This document shows positions 20,286 to 30,700 of a stretch of DNA of 64,000 nt, piece after piece. Source of the DNA: Piedraia hortae CBS 480.64. Lineage: Eukaryota. The notes under the pieces are model-generated. The model saw nothing but the letters and a program-made list of their open reading frames with translations, ran no database searches and had not been told where the DNA came from. The first letter of the stretch is position 1; the number at the start of each line of letters is the position of its first letter. Made by a program: the position numbers and the translations under genes. The DNA is taken from assembly GCA_010093745.1 (NCBI GenBank), contig MU005960.1:248636-312635 (forward strand). Reading direction: 5' to 3'.

Positions 20286-22658
20286 ATGTCGGACCGTCAT
20301 CCCTCACGATCACGTTCGCCAGCAAAGTCCCCACAAGAATTGCAAGACGATATCGACCACTGGTACAACGAGGCCGTGGAGTCTCATGAAGAGGTGGACA
20401 AAGTTCAGCGCAAGCTATTCGAAGTCCAATCAGCTTGCAAGAATGCCGAGGTATCTAAACAGGAACTGCAGGCAAAGTACAACAAACTCTATTCCCAGTA
20501 CAAGGACTTGCAGCACGGCTATCGGCATCTCGAAAGCAAAGCCGAGAAAGCCGTGAAGGATGCGCAAGAGGCAGAGGGTGCGTTCGCCCAAGCAAGCGAC
20601 GAAGCTAAGGCGGCCTTGAAAAGAGCCCGGGACGAGACCGAGAAATCAAAAGCTCTCGAAGGCGACTTAGCGGGCTTGCAGGCTTCCTTTGACGAGAAAC
20701 AAACTGAGATCTCTGCTCTCAAGCAGACAATCTCGACGCTAGCTGAGAAGTCCAGCGAGAACGACCACCTTACCACGAAACTGAACAACTGCCAGAAAAT
20801 CCTCTCCAAGATCTTCGCTGGGCCCATTCCAAGCCACGAGGACAAGAATTGGCTGAGTTTTATCCAGGCAAAGGCTGAGCTAGCACGCTTGGATCAGTCC
20901 AACCTACTGAGTGCTCCGAACTCTGCTGCTGAGCTTCACTTTCCCGCCGATGCTCGTGCTCTCGGCAAGACTGTTATGCCCGCAGACTCCGCTGTAGAAC
21001 CTCAAGTTCTTACAGATCGCCTCGCACTCGACAAGGTCAACGCTGCTTTGGAAGAATCCAAGGTGCGAGAAGCTAATCTTCAAGAGAAAATCAGGACTTT
21101 GCAGGAGGGGAATCGCGAGCTGTGCTTGGATGTGCTGGACTCCTCGTCACACACGGTAGAGGGTATCATGCGGGGTAAGTCTTTGGGAGATGAGCTTGGC
21201 GGTCTTAGCGATGAGGAATCTGAAGACAATGGTCATGACTCGGACTTTGAACACCAACACGAAACTGCGGTTGGGCACAACTTGGACGAGCAACTCGACA
21301 TTGTCTCGGAGAAGAAACCTGCAAACACCCTGGCTCAAGACCTCGAGGAGGTTTCGAAGGGCTCAAGTGCCACAGATTTGGTCATGAAAGCCACCGACAA
21401 GAAGACAGCGACGTTGATTGAGCAGGATGAGCATCTTGCGATTGTCCGCCAGCTACATGAGGAGGCCAGCCGCTGGTGTACCGCGCATGACGAGCTCAGC
21501 GTCGAAGTTTCCAAGCTGCGAAAGCAAGCAGAGGGACTGCGCAAGGAAAACGCCCAGCTGCACGAGTTCTCGGTAGCCAAGCCTCCATATGCTTCCACAG
21601 GCACCAGCACCGAACACTTTATCTACACTCAGGATGCGGTAGAACTCGAGCAATATCGTGATCAAGTCAACGCTTTACGTGAAGAGCTTAGCAGTGTGCG
21701 CAGAGAGTACGAGCAGCTGAACGTGGAGTGCATTGATATGGAGAAGAGTAACGAAAACTTGCGTCTCGAAATTTTTAATCTCAAAGAGCGCGTCGCGACT
21801 TCGCAAAAGAACGTCCGCAAAGCTACCAACACATTCCAGACCCTGCACCTGGCCAACATTACACTGCAGCAAGAGAAGACAAAACTGCAACAAGAAACGA
21901 CCCAGCTGCAAGCAGCCAGCAATGATTCGAATCTGCAGATTCAGAAGTTGCACAACCAAAATGCCGAGATCCAGGCGAACAACAAAGCTCTACATGAAGC
22001 ATTTGACGAGCTTCGGGAGTGTGGCAATGGGCTTCGCGACGGGCTCGAAGCCTCAATGGCAAGGAACAGAGCACAAACCAAAGAACTTCAACGACAACGC
22101 GAGGAAAACTCTGCGCTGAAGGAAGAAACTGCCTCCCGCCGCGCGGCCAATAAGGCTCTAAAGAAGAAGATGGCCACCGTGAGCAAGGAGAATGATGCCC
22201 TTCGTAAGAAACACCATAAGGTGCGAGAGATGCTGACGAAAGAGCGCGGAAATCTGGAAGAAGCGCGGGACACATTGATTCCGAGCCTTACTGGTCAATT
22301 GGAACTTTACTCCGACATGCTGAACACCATGTCGAAGATGCTGGCTAAGGTGCGGGAATTGAGTACCTCGACGGCGCTGCTCACTGCTCGTAACACACGA
22401 GGTGTGAGGGCCATTGCACGGCCTGACTCGCTTGTTAAGACGTCAAGAGACGTCTCTTGTTTGAATATCGCTGAAGAGGAGACTCCAGTGGTAGAAGCGG
22501 AAATTCGACGGATTATCGACTCCATGAACAGGCTCTTGAAAGCCATATACATCAAATTCCTCGTCTGGTATGTGCTTGTTGTCATGTTGATCTGGATTTT
22601 CAACCACATTTATCGCGTATTGCAGGAAGATGTTGGGCAATTGCGCCCAATGCGTTGA
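20286..22658 (+). CDS. Long coiled-coil protein with C-terminal transmembrane anchor
   Basis: Open for 863 codons from ATG 20067; ATG 20286 (acaacATG) preferred as start. E/K/Q/L heptads, then FLVWYVLVVMLIWIF before a short tail. Confidence 0.75.
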   Translation: MSDRHPSRSRSPAKSPQELQDDIDHWYNEAVESHEEVDKVQRKLFEVQSACKNAEVSKQELQAKYNKLYSQYKDLQHGYRHLESKAEKAVKDAQEAEGAFAQASDEAKAALKRARDETEKSKALEGDLAGLQASFDEKQTEISALKQTISTLAEKSSENDHLTTKLNNCQKILSKIFAGPIPSHEDKNWLSFIQAKAELARLDQSNLLSAPNSAAELHFPADARALGKTVMPADSAVEPQVLTDRLALDKVNAALEESKVREANLQEKIRTLQEGNRELCLDVLDSSSHTVEGIMRGKSLGDELGGLSDEESEDNGHDSDFEHQHETAVGHNLDEQLDIVSEKKPANTLAQDLEEVSKGSSATDLVMKATDKKTATLIEQDEHLAIVRQLHEEASRWCTAHDELSVEVSKLRKQAEGLRKENAQLHEFSVAKPPYASTGTSTEHFIYTQDAVELEQYRDQVNALREELSSVRREYEQLNVECIDMEKSNENLRLEIFNLKERVATSQKNVRKATNTFQTLHLANITLQQEKTKLQQETTQLQAASNDSNLQIQKLHNQNAEIQANNKALHEAFDELRECGNGLRDGLEASMARNRAQTKELQRQREENSALKEETASRRAANKALKKKMATVSKENDALRKKHHKVREMLTKERGNLEEARDTLIPSLTGQLELYSDMLNTMSKMLAKVRELSTSTALLTARNTRGVRAIARPDSLVKTSRDVSCLNIAEEETPVVEAEIRRIIDSMNRLLKAIYIKFLVWYVLVVMLIWIFNHIYRVLQEDVGQLRPMR

Positions 22659-22828
22659 GGATAGGTAGGGTAGCACTGTGTGTAGCACTGAAAATCATGT
22701 GAACAAGGATTTTCAAAGTTCCAGATTGTGTCATTAGTAGCTTATAGCAAGATTTCTGGCAAAAGTTAGGATGGAACAGATACAAGAATGTTACTTTTTT
22801 AAGTCGTCTGTCAGTCGACTCACACTAT

Positions 22829-24517
22829 TCACACACTATCATACATCCCTCGCCTTCCCAGATTCTGCAAGCATCGAGCGCGCATACCCCGCCAACTGAA
22901 ACTCGAAACTCTTGTGCTTCTCGTTCTGCTTTGTTCAGCCCGCTCTGGCTGGACATTTTCCTGCTGCTGGCCAATATCTTCGGTAGCATCACTGTCGTCA
23001 CAGGATTCAACATGACGCAATGGAGATTGTGAAGCTCGCTTCCAGCTCCTATGGCGTTGACTGTCCGGCGCAGACGGAATCCATGACCTCTGTCTCACTA
23101 CGTGTCTCAGGAACCTTGGCATATTATGCTGCTCGAGATTTATATCGACGAAGTGCAATCTCTGAGAAGGCGTCTCACTGACCTCAGATTTTGTCAACTG
23201 CTCGAAAATCTCATCACATGGCTTTGCAAGATCAATTTGCATGAGTTTGACGAGCAGTGCCAACTTCTTCACCATGAGATCATGGACATGTCCGTGTATG
23301 ACAGCTTCTTCTAATGATATGAGTCTGTAGATATGAACACCATCAACCGTATCCGACTTCGCCAGATGGTCTAGTAAAGGGGAGGTATTTACGTGGCTCA
23401 AAACCGTGTCGAAGAGTATAATGGCATCAACACCCAGATGGTCGTCACTCAGGTCTTCTTCTCGGGTTTCTAACAGACAACAGCCATCTCCATCTATATT
23501 GTCTTTGAAGTCCTCCAGTTCCTGCCGTTTTTTTTCTGGCGTGGCTTTCGCATTGATACGACGAACCCATCCAAAACAGCATTCCAGGATCTTTTTAACC
23601 AAATCGACCACACTATCATGCTGGCAGACAATTAGTGGTCTGATGTTCCGGTCCGCCAAGATGGTGAGCAAGCGGAAAAGCATCAACAGCTTCCAGGGTA
23701 TGGCTAAGAGCTGCCTAAGATGGGTAACGTTTTGGCCTTGAAATCCTAGAGCAATCATGTAGCGATCGAGATAGTATTTTTCCAACTCCATTCTGAACTG
23801 ATCAGACTGAACCTTTTCTGTTGTTAATATCGAATCGCGTCTACGCCGAAGGATATATGGCGTTGCAACTTTATTGATCTCATCCATGGTGACTGGCGTT
23901 TTCCCTGGACGCACGTCCACAAACCCTGGCTTGATAAAATTTACGAGGGATGCAAAACCAGTTACTCCAAACTTCGTCGGACCATCTGTGACAAGTAAAC
24001 GGCCCATTGCATTCAAGCTGTTAAGGGCTTGATATAGTGGCGTCGTGGGATCTTCCATAACGTGCGCTTCATCCACTGCCAGCAATTTCCATTCAAAAGG
24101 AGCAAAGTACGGAAAATCCTCCATTATGACCTCGTGCGTGGTCAGAAAGACATCGCACGGTAGACAATCTGAAGACGCTTGCGCGAGGAGTTCTTGTTGC
24201 ATTTCCTCGTTGCCGTCGTATGTCACAACACAGCAATCAAGATCCAGCTTTTCCTCGAGAAGCGAGCCCCACAAGGGCAGGGTGGCTTTCGAAACCACCA
24301 AAATGATTGGATGCTCTGACTCGATCTTATCGATCAGCCAGCCGATAAAGAGGGTTACTTGCAGAGGTGGATCTAAGTTTTCCTCATCCGCCAGGATTGT
24401 GCCATTGCGTACCATCCAATGCCGGGTCAGAAAACCAACGCCCCAGGTATGATGTCCCTGCAGCTTGTATTCTGAGGAAAGCTTCCACAGTTCTTTAGCG
24501 GAACCAGGCTGTGACAT
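22829..24517 (-). CDS. CHD1-derived Snf2 ATPase-like protein with degenerate catalytic motifs
   Basis: 562-aa intact ORF. ILADE, VVTYDGN, VFLTTHEVI, WKLLAVDEAH, RLLVTDGP, PYILRR, DAIILFD, IYRLIS follow Snf2/CHD1 motif order. Confidence 0.75.
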   Translation of the reverse strand: MSQPGSAKELWKLSSEYKLQGHHTWGVGFLTRHWMVRNGTILADEENLDPPLQVTLFIGWLIDKIESEHPIILVVSKATLPLWGSLLEEKLDLDCCVVTYDGNEEMQQELLAQASSDCLPCDVFLTTHEVIMEDFPYFAPFEWKLLAVDEAHVMEDPTTPLYQALNSLNAMGRLLVTDGPTKFGVTGFASLVNFIKPGFVDVRPGKTPVTMDEINKVATPYILRRRRDSILTTEKVQSDQFRMELEKYYLDRYMIALGFQGQNVTHLRQLLAIPWKLLMLFRLLTILADRNIRPLIVCQHDSVVDLVKKILECCFGWVRRINAKATPEKKRQELEDFKDNIDGDGCCLLETREEDLSDDHLGVDAIILFDTVLSHVNTSPLLDHLAKSDTVDGVHIYRLISLEEAVIHGHVHDLMVKKLALLVKLMQIDLAKPCDEIFEQLTKSEVSETPSQRLHFVDINLEQHNMPRFLRHVVRQRSWIPSAPDSQRHRSWKRASQSPLRHVESCDDSDATEDIGQQQENVQPERAEQSRTRSTRVSSFSWRGMRARCLQNLGRRGMYDSV

Positions 24518-26045
24518 GATGATTGACTGCTGGGAGAATTGTGTTAAGCGGATGTGCTGGTGTATATGTTTGAGTGAAAATCTAGTGACTAGACTTACGC
24601 AGCTGTCAAGGTGGATCTGTCAACTGACTCCGGTATACTACCTCGTTCGCAATGACAGCTAGGCAGTACTCGCCAATATCGCCTCTTAGAGCAAGAAATT
24701 CAACAGAGAAGATATCAGGTCAGTTTTTTTTCAAGGGTAGGAGGTCAGTGACCCTTAAAGGAACCTTTTGAGCTAATTCGCGGTGACGACATGTCGTAGA
24801 ACAACACCCTCGGTCTATGCCATAGACTGGTGAAAGAATCCAGAGATTCTATGGTCGCCTTCATGGCTTCAAAGTTCTGGTGTCGCTCACCTTTCTGCAG
24901 TTGACGTCTGGAGTCCTCTCCGTCGGCCAGTACAGTTAATTTGGCAAAGAAACAGATCCCCAAGGGAGCAATAGTGCCACATGGAGAGATTCTGACCCAG
25001 GAAGACTGCAGCTTTATAAAGGAAGATATGTGTCAGCCCGCCGTACCAAGTCTTGCATGCTCACAAGTCCATAAATTGACTTTACGTGAAGTCATTTTTG
25101 AAGCATTCCATCTTCTAGGCAGTACGCTGACGAATCTAGGAGCAAAAACCGTTTTGCCGTCCATGATTTATGATTGCTCAAGAACAGCAATGTGCCCTCG
25201 ATGAGAATCTAGCAGCAACGCACCACATAAGCTTGATGGTCATCACGTAAATGCTGCTTACGAATTGACAGCAAGAGGGATGGCATTGGTATTTGTGTGT
25301 GCGCCTTTGAAGTCTGTCGCAACAGCCTCGGTAACCTAATATATCGCCATGTCATGCAGACGTTGCTATTGATGCCGCTTAAGCCGAGAAAGTCTGGCCA
25401 AAGCATATAAGAGTGTGGGGAAGCAGGCGCAACGTTGAAACACGATCCATGCCATGAACAATCACCGGGATGTGCAACCTGCGATGCGGCTGTGAAAGTG
25501 CACGCCTTCCTAATTGGACAAGAGCTCGCGGCCCCTCGTTTACATGCACCACATAGCGTCGGCTGCAGAAACTTCATATCATAGCGTGCGCAAGTAAAAG
25601 CTCGAGTATCTCTATACAAATACAAGGGTATACACAGTTTGTTGGACCGCCGTTGATGCTAGCAACGATTCTCAATCCACGGTGTGGGGCAAGGCTATGC
25701 TGCGCTGACGGAGTCTGGACACTCCCCGCAGACACACCCCCACACGTCACCCCAAAGTCTGTCTATTCTGCATGTGAAGCTTACGCTTGAGCAATCAAGC
25801 TAGCCCATTTCCTCAAGCGTAAAGGCGGCCACGTGGCGCACAGCTAGCGTGAGGTTTGATACACCACCAGGGGCAAAGCGTAAGCGACAGGGCGTCATCG
25901 CAACGAACGGTGCAACGGTTGGTCGAGATCCAGAAGATGGATAACGTAGACCGAGTGCAGACAGGATGCTCGCTGTGCTACACGGCCCTGGTATCTCTCT
26001 TGATCTCTGGTGATCGTCATCCATTCCATCACAAGAGCGTCTATC

Positions 26046-27803
26046 ATGGCAAAAATCGTCCAGTTCGAGGCGATGGAGCCAATGGAGCCCTCATTGAACA
26101 CTCGCGCAAGCAGCTTATCCCACATTCCACAAGAGCCCCTTCTCTCACGTTTCATCGACAGCTTCAAGCGCCATCCGGGTAACTACTCTATGCCCCCAGC
26201 GAATATAACCCTGGGAGGCATATACAATATCAACGATGCCGCCGAAGCAACAGCCTGTTCACCTTTGAGGCGAAGCTTGAATAGTCGACATCTTCAGATG
26301 ATCACGATCGGGGGCTCTGTTGGAACTGGCCTTTTCATCGGGAGCGGAAGTGCCTTGGCGACTGGAGGTCCCGCATCTCTCTTGATTTCATTCGGGCTCG
26401 TCGGGGTTGCGATCTACTGTACGGTTCACGCTTTGGGCGAACTGGCCGTTATATTCCCCTTGGCGGGATCCTATGCTGCCTACTTCACCCGGTTTCTAGA
26501 CCCCGCTTGGGGGTTTGCCATGGGTTGGAACTACGCTTTTGGCTGGTTGATACTCATGCCAGTCGAAATTGTCGCCGGCGCCCTCACCATTGACTTTTGG
26601 AAAACGTCGATCAGTCACAAAGTTTGGGCGACCATTCTTTTACCTGTTCCGATTACCATCAATCTGTTTGGGGTCAGGGGCTTCGGCGAAGCCGAGTTTG
26701 TCTTTTCCACGATAAAGGTTCTTGCTGTATTAGGCTTCATCGTTCTCGGCATAGTGCTCAACTGTGCCAACACTCCCGATGGAGGATATATTGGTACCAA
26801 GTATTGGCGTGATCCCGGGGCTTTCAACAATGGCTTCAAGGGAACGTGCTCAGTGTTTGTCATGGCCAATTTTGCCTTTGCTGGGACCGAATTAGTGGGC
26901 CTTGCAGCAGCAGAAGCCGCCAATCCCCTTAGATCTTTGCCAAGGGCGGTCAAGCAAGTCTTCTGGCGCATAACATTGTACTACATTGTGTCCTTTATCA
27001 TCATCGGCATGCTGGTGCCATACAACAGTCCACAGCTGCTCAATGGCATGTCGTCAGCCGACATCAAAGCATCGCCTTTTGTGATTGCCATCAGCACAGC
27101 CGGAATCAACGCTCTGCCATCGATCTTCAACAGCGTCATTTTGATCTCTGTTCTCTCCGTTGGTTCTTCAGCAGTCTACACCACCTCCCGAACACTTTCC
27201 GCGCTCGCGGACCAGGGCCAAGCGCCGAAGATCCTTGGATACATTGACCACAAGGGACGGCCACTTGTCGCTATCGGTGTCGCCTCTCTCGCAGGCTTCC
27301 TCGCACTTTTCGCCGGTTCCGACAGAACCTTGCACGCCTTCAACTGGATTCTCGCACTCTCCGGTCTGTCCTCCGTCCTCACCTGGGCAAGCATCTGTTT
27401 AGCCCATATCAGGTTCCGTTCTGCTTGGCTAAAACACGGACATTCCTTGGAGGAACTTACCTTCCGCAGCCAGGCGGGGGTCATTGGCTCATGGGTGGGA
27501 CTTTTCATCAACTGTTTGATCCTGCTCGTGCAGCTTTGGACGGCTGTATGGCCAATAGGATACGAATCAATGACAGCGCGGGAGATTATAGTGTCAGTTT
27601 TTGCGGCATATCTCACCCTCCCGGTTGTGATGATACTTTACGTCTCCTACAAAGTTCGATACCGCACTTCGATTGTTACGATTAACAGTATGGACTTGTA
27701 TACTGGATTGCAGAATTTGACTACGCCGGAGCTGGCGGCTATGGAGCAAGAAGAGCAGGCTCATTGGCCGGTGTGGAAGAAGGTGTTGAAGTTTTGTTGT
27801 TGA
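26046..27803 (+). CDS. General amino-acid permease (APC/YAT family, GAP1-like)
   Basis: LNSRHLQMITIGGSVGTGLFIGSG, FGEAEFVFSTIK, FAFAGTELVGLAAAE, KQVFWRI; about 12 TM helices; C-terminal FCC. Intronless. Confidence 0.92.
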   Translation: MAKIVQFEAMEPMEPSLNTRASSLSHIPQEPLLSRFIDSFKRHPGNYSMPPANITLGGIYNINDAAEATACSPLRRSLNSRHLQMITIGGSVGTGLFIGSGSALATGGPASLLISFGLVGVAIYCTVHALGELAVIFPLAGSYAAYFTRFLDPAWGFAMGWNYAFGWLILMPVEIVAGALTIDFWKTSISHKVWATILLPVPITINLFGVRGFGEAEFVFSTIKVLAVLGFIVLGIVLNCANTPDGGYIGTKYWRDPGAFNNGFKGTCSVFVMANFAFAGTELVGLAAAEAANPLRSLPRAVKQVFWRITLYYIVSFIIIGMLVPYNSPQLLNGMSSADIKASPFVIAISTAGINALPSIFNSVILISVLSVGSSAVYTTSRTLSALADQGQAPKILGYIDHKGRPLVAIGVASLAGFLALFAGSDRTLHAFNWILALSGLSSVLTWASICLAHIRFRSAWLKHGHSLEELTFRSQAGVIGSWVGLFINCLILLVQLWTAVWPIGYESMTAREIIVSVFAAYLTLPVVMILYVSYKVRYRTSIVTINSMDLYTGLQNLTTPELAAMEQEEQAHWPVWKKVLKFCC

Positions 27804-28442
27804 AGCGTGGTGATGCTGTTCATATCTGAGACGAGATTTTGTCCTGTTGTTTGTGAATTTCCGACAGATGACTGATAGGTGGCATAGATGTTGAAACGTG
27901 AATCAATTACTTGCGCCGTCGAAGAGGTGTGCCGCTTAATTGTTGTGTTCCTGCCACCACATCCCGCCACTGCCTATTTGGACCACCGATGCGATGAGGT
28001 TGCAGCCCACCTTCCTTTCGTGGAAAGTTACGTCAGCGTTCCACTTGCTTTCCTTGCTCGGTTCATACACCAACACCAATGGCTACCCATGCTTAAATCC
28101 CAGTGTTAATCATGTATGTTCGCATCACGATCATCATCTGCGTGCGTCGTGCACGTTCTCATTTAACAGGTACGCTAAATGCTGGTATATGATGGAATGT
28201 GTACATGGTGATTTAGCGCAGCGTCATGTGCAGTATGGACACGGAGAGTGGAAACAAGAACAGTATCCGTGATTATGCTTATGCATTGAGTTGTATTGCC
28301 TTGTTATATTGTAATTATGAAGTGAGGGGTTGGGTGAAGTGCCAACGACTGCCCCACATTCCGGCACGTTCCGGATCGCATTCGCCGTGATCACATCATG
28401 TGACGTGACCACGTCCCTCTAGCCATATAGGCTCACATGCAT

Positions 28443-28467
28443 ATAGCAACGAGGCTTCATGCCAACA
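28443..28467 (-). repeat. Terminal fragment of family-1 LTR-like repeat
   Basis: atagcaacgaggcttcatgccaaca is identical to 6556-6580. Confidence 0.6.
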
Positions 28468-28617
28468 GTATACAGAGCGTAACTAAGCTCGCCCGCATGG
28501 TCATCATGTTTTTCGACTTTCTTTGAATCTAAGTATGCGATGTAACGAGAATCACCATGCAAATACATGGCAAGTCTTCAAAGTTGTGGTAGGTACGTTA
28601 TCATATCTGGTAGCTTC

Positions 28618-29344
28618 TGTTGGATTCAAGCATCGCCGCTAGCGCGTATGCGGGGCACTTGCATAGCAAGTCAGCGATACCTCCTACACTACCAGCTGCA
28701 CCCTAGGGTTTTCCCTCACAGAAGTTTTCCCTCAGGGTCATGTCATATGTTGTAGATATTAGCTCTCGTGGGTGAGAGTGCACAGCGACCCGAAGAGGAC
28801 GGAGCGATAGACGGAATCAGGGACAGGAAAGATGTAGATGTATGTAAGTCAAAATACCAGTTGCTGTATGGTAGTGTGAATGACTATTTTCAATAAGGGG
28901 ACGTTCAGAATGAAAATTCTGTACTGGTGGGCCGGTGACGTCACGTCGTACACTAGCGGGGCGTATTAACCATGTCACATATGACATGACCCTGAGGGAA
29001 AACCTCTGTGAGGGAAAAACCTAGGGTGCAGCTGGTAGTGTAGGAGGTATCGCTGACTTGCTATGCAAGTGCCCTGCATACGCGCTAGCGGCGATGCTTG
29101 AATCCAACATATGTGACATGGTTAATGCGCCCTGCTAGTGTACGACGTGACGTCACCGGCCCACTGGTACACAGAATTTATTCTGACATCCCCTTACAGA
29201 GATAGATAGTCATTTCACACTGTAATATCGACACTGGTATTGACGCATATAAATCTACATCTGTCCTGTCCCTGATTCCGTCTATCGGTTCGTCCTTTTC
29301 GAGTCGCTGCGCACCATCACCCACGGGAGCCCAAATCTCTACAC
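28618..29344 (+). mobile_element. Outer family-1 solo-LTR-like copy, split into 28618-28747 and 29110-29344
   Basis: Starts TGTTG. The two parts joined give the reverse complement of 28748-29109. Confidence 0.65.
28748..29109 (-). mobile_element. Inner, apparently complete family-1 solo-LTR-like copy (362 bp)
   Basis: TGTTG...CAACA termini, typical of LTR ends. No coding capacity. Inverted relative to the outer copy. Confidence 0.7.
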
Positions 29345-29363
29345 GGGTCGCCGCGAAGCGATC

Positions 29364-29491
29364 TGTTGTAAATACGTAGTATATTACGTGCATTATCAGT
29401 AATCGGCGCTTGGCTCTCGAACTAGTTTTCTGTAAAAGATTTGTATGCATACTGGTACACATCCACTCACAAATATAACATTCCGTGACAA
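29364..29491 (+). mobile_element. Solo-LTR-like repeat, family 2
   Basis: TGTTG...TGACA. Matches 9641-9775 apart from an internal deletion of about a dozen bases. Confidence 0.6.
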
Positions 29492-30700
29492 CCAAGGTGC
29501 CAAGCTAATCACATGATCTTCCCTGTGACCTGTCAAAAAACGACTTTTTCTGACCCTCATTCAAGGCTGTCGCGCTGCCAGTCTCTCGACAGCGAGAGAA
29601 GTACCCAGGATGAAAGAGAAACCATCCTGAATGAGACTCATCGAGAGTCTCCCCACATCACTTCCACATCGACAGACATACCCAGAATTAAAGGCGACCA
29701 GGGCGGTCCATCACAGATCATTACACAGGAATAAAAGCTGGCCAAGTTGTATAACGCTCGTGCCTAAGGCTCAGCGCTTGGGGAACTAAATCATACGCAG
29801 CCAATCGAATCTTTCCGCAAGGCAGCGACAGACGCAATGACATCTAGTATAGATACTTCTAAGCTCAGACACCCAAGCTGCTTTCATCGTCTCTCCAGGT
29901 ACGTGTCTGAGCCGAAATTGAGACAAGTTATGGCTAGCTTCTTCGTGTACAATCTCTACGATTGTGACTGAAGAGCCATACTGGCACCAGGAAACGACCT
30001 ATCACTTTCACATAATCCCTCCCAATACATTACACGGCTTCGGGGCACGGCTGTCAAAGTCCCACTTCGAGCGGTTTCAACGAACGTTGATGCTATCGGA
30101 CACGAACAAGGAAGTGAAGGGCCATGACCCCAATCGAGGGGCTTCGTCTATGAGGTATTTCCTTCCAGGAAGTGATTCTCTGGCGGAGGTCAAAGATTGA
30201 TCAGGATTCAAAGGTGCAGAGTACACTCTCGAGGGATAGATCCCTGAAAGACACCCTGGTTAGTCTTCATCAATAATGGTCTGGAAGGGATCCCAGGCGC
30301 GATGGCAGTCATACTGGAGGTGAGAACGAGTCCATTGCGCGAGGGATGTCTCCATATAGCCTCAGTGGCTACAAGGCGCGGTGTGCAATGGGGAAAGACG
30401 TCATCGCTGAGCCTCGGAAGTGGTATATACCAACACATGCACTATCACCATCCGGCCATCTTTTGATGCCTCCCGTCAAAAAACCAACACAAGTAATGAA
30501 AACCCTTCTCAATGCAAGCCAACCAATCCATAAAGTAGGGGTATACGTAACAACTAAACCCATCCACCTCCCAATTAAAAAAAATACAGTTCACACACAC
30601 GCACGCACATCTTACCCATTCTAAAACCACTACTACGAAGAAATTGTCGTTCATATCATGTCATGTCCCTTCCAAAAATAGCTGAAAAAGTCTCCCAAAA

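Noticed and set aside
29500..30450. Possible retroelement internal region after the LTR cluster
   Set aside because: No gag, protease, RT (YxDD) or integrase motif recognised.
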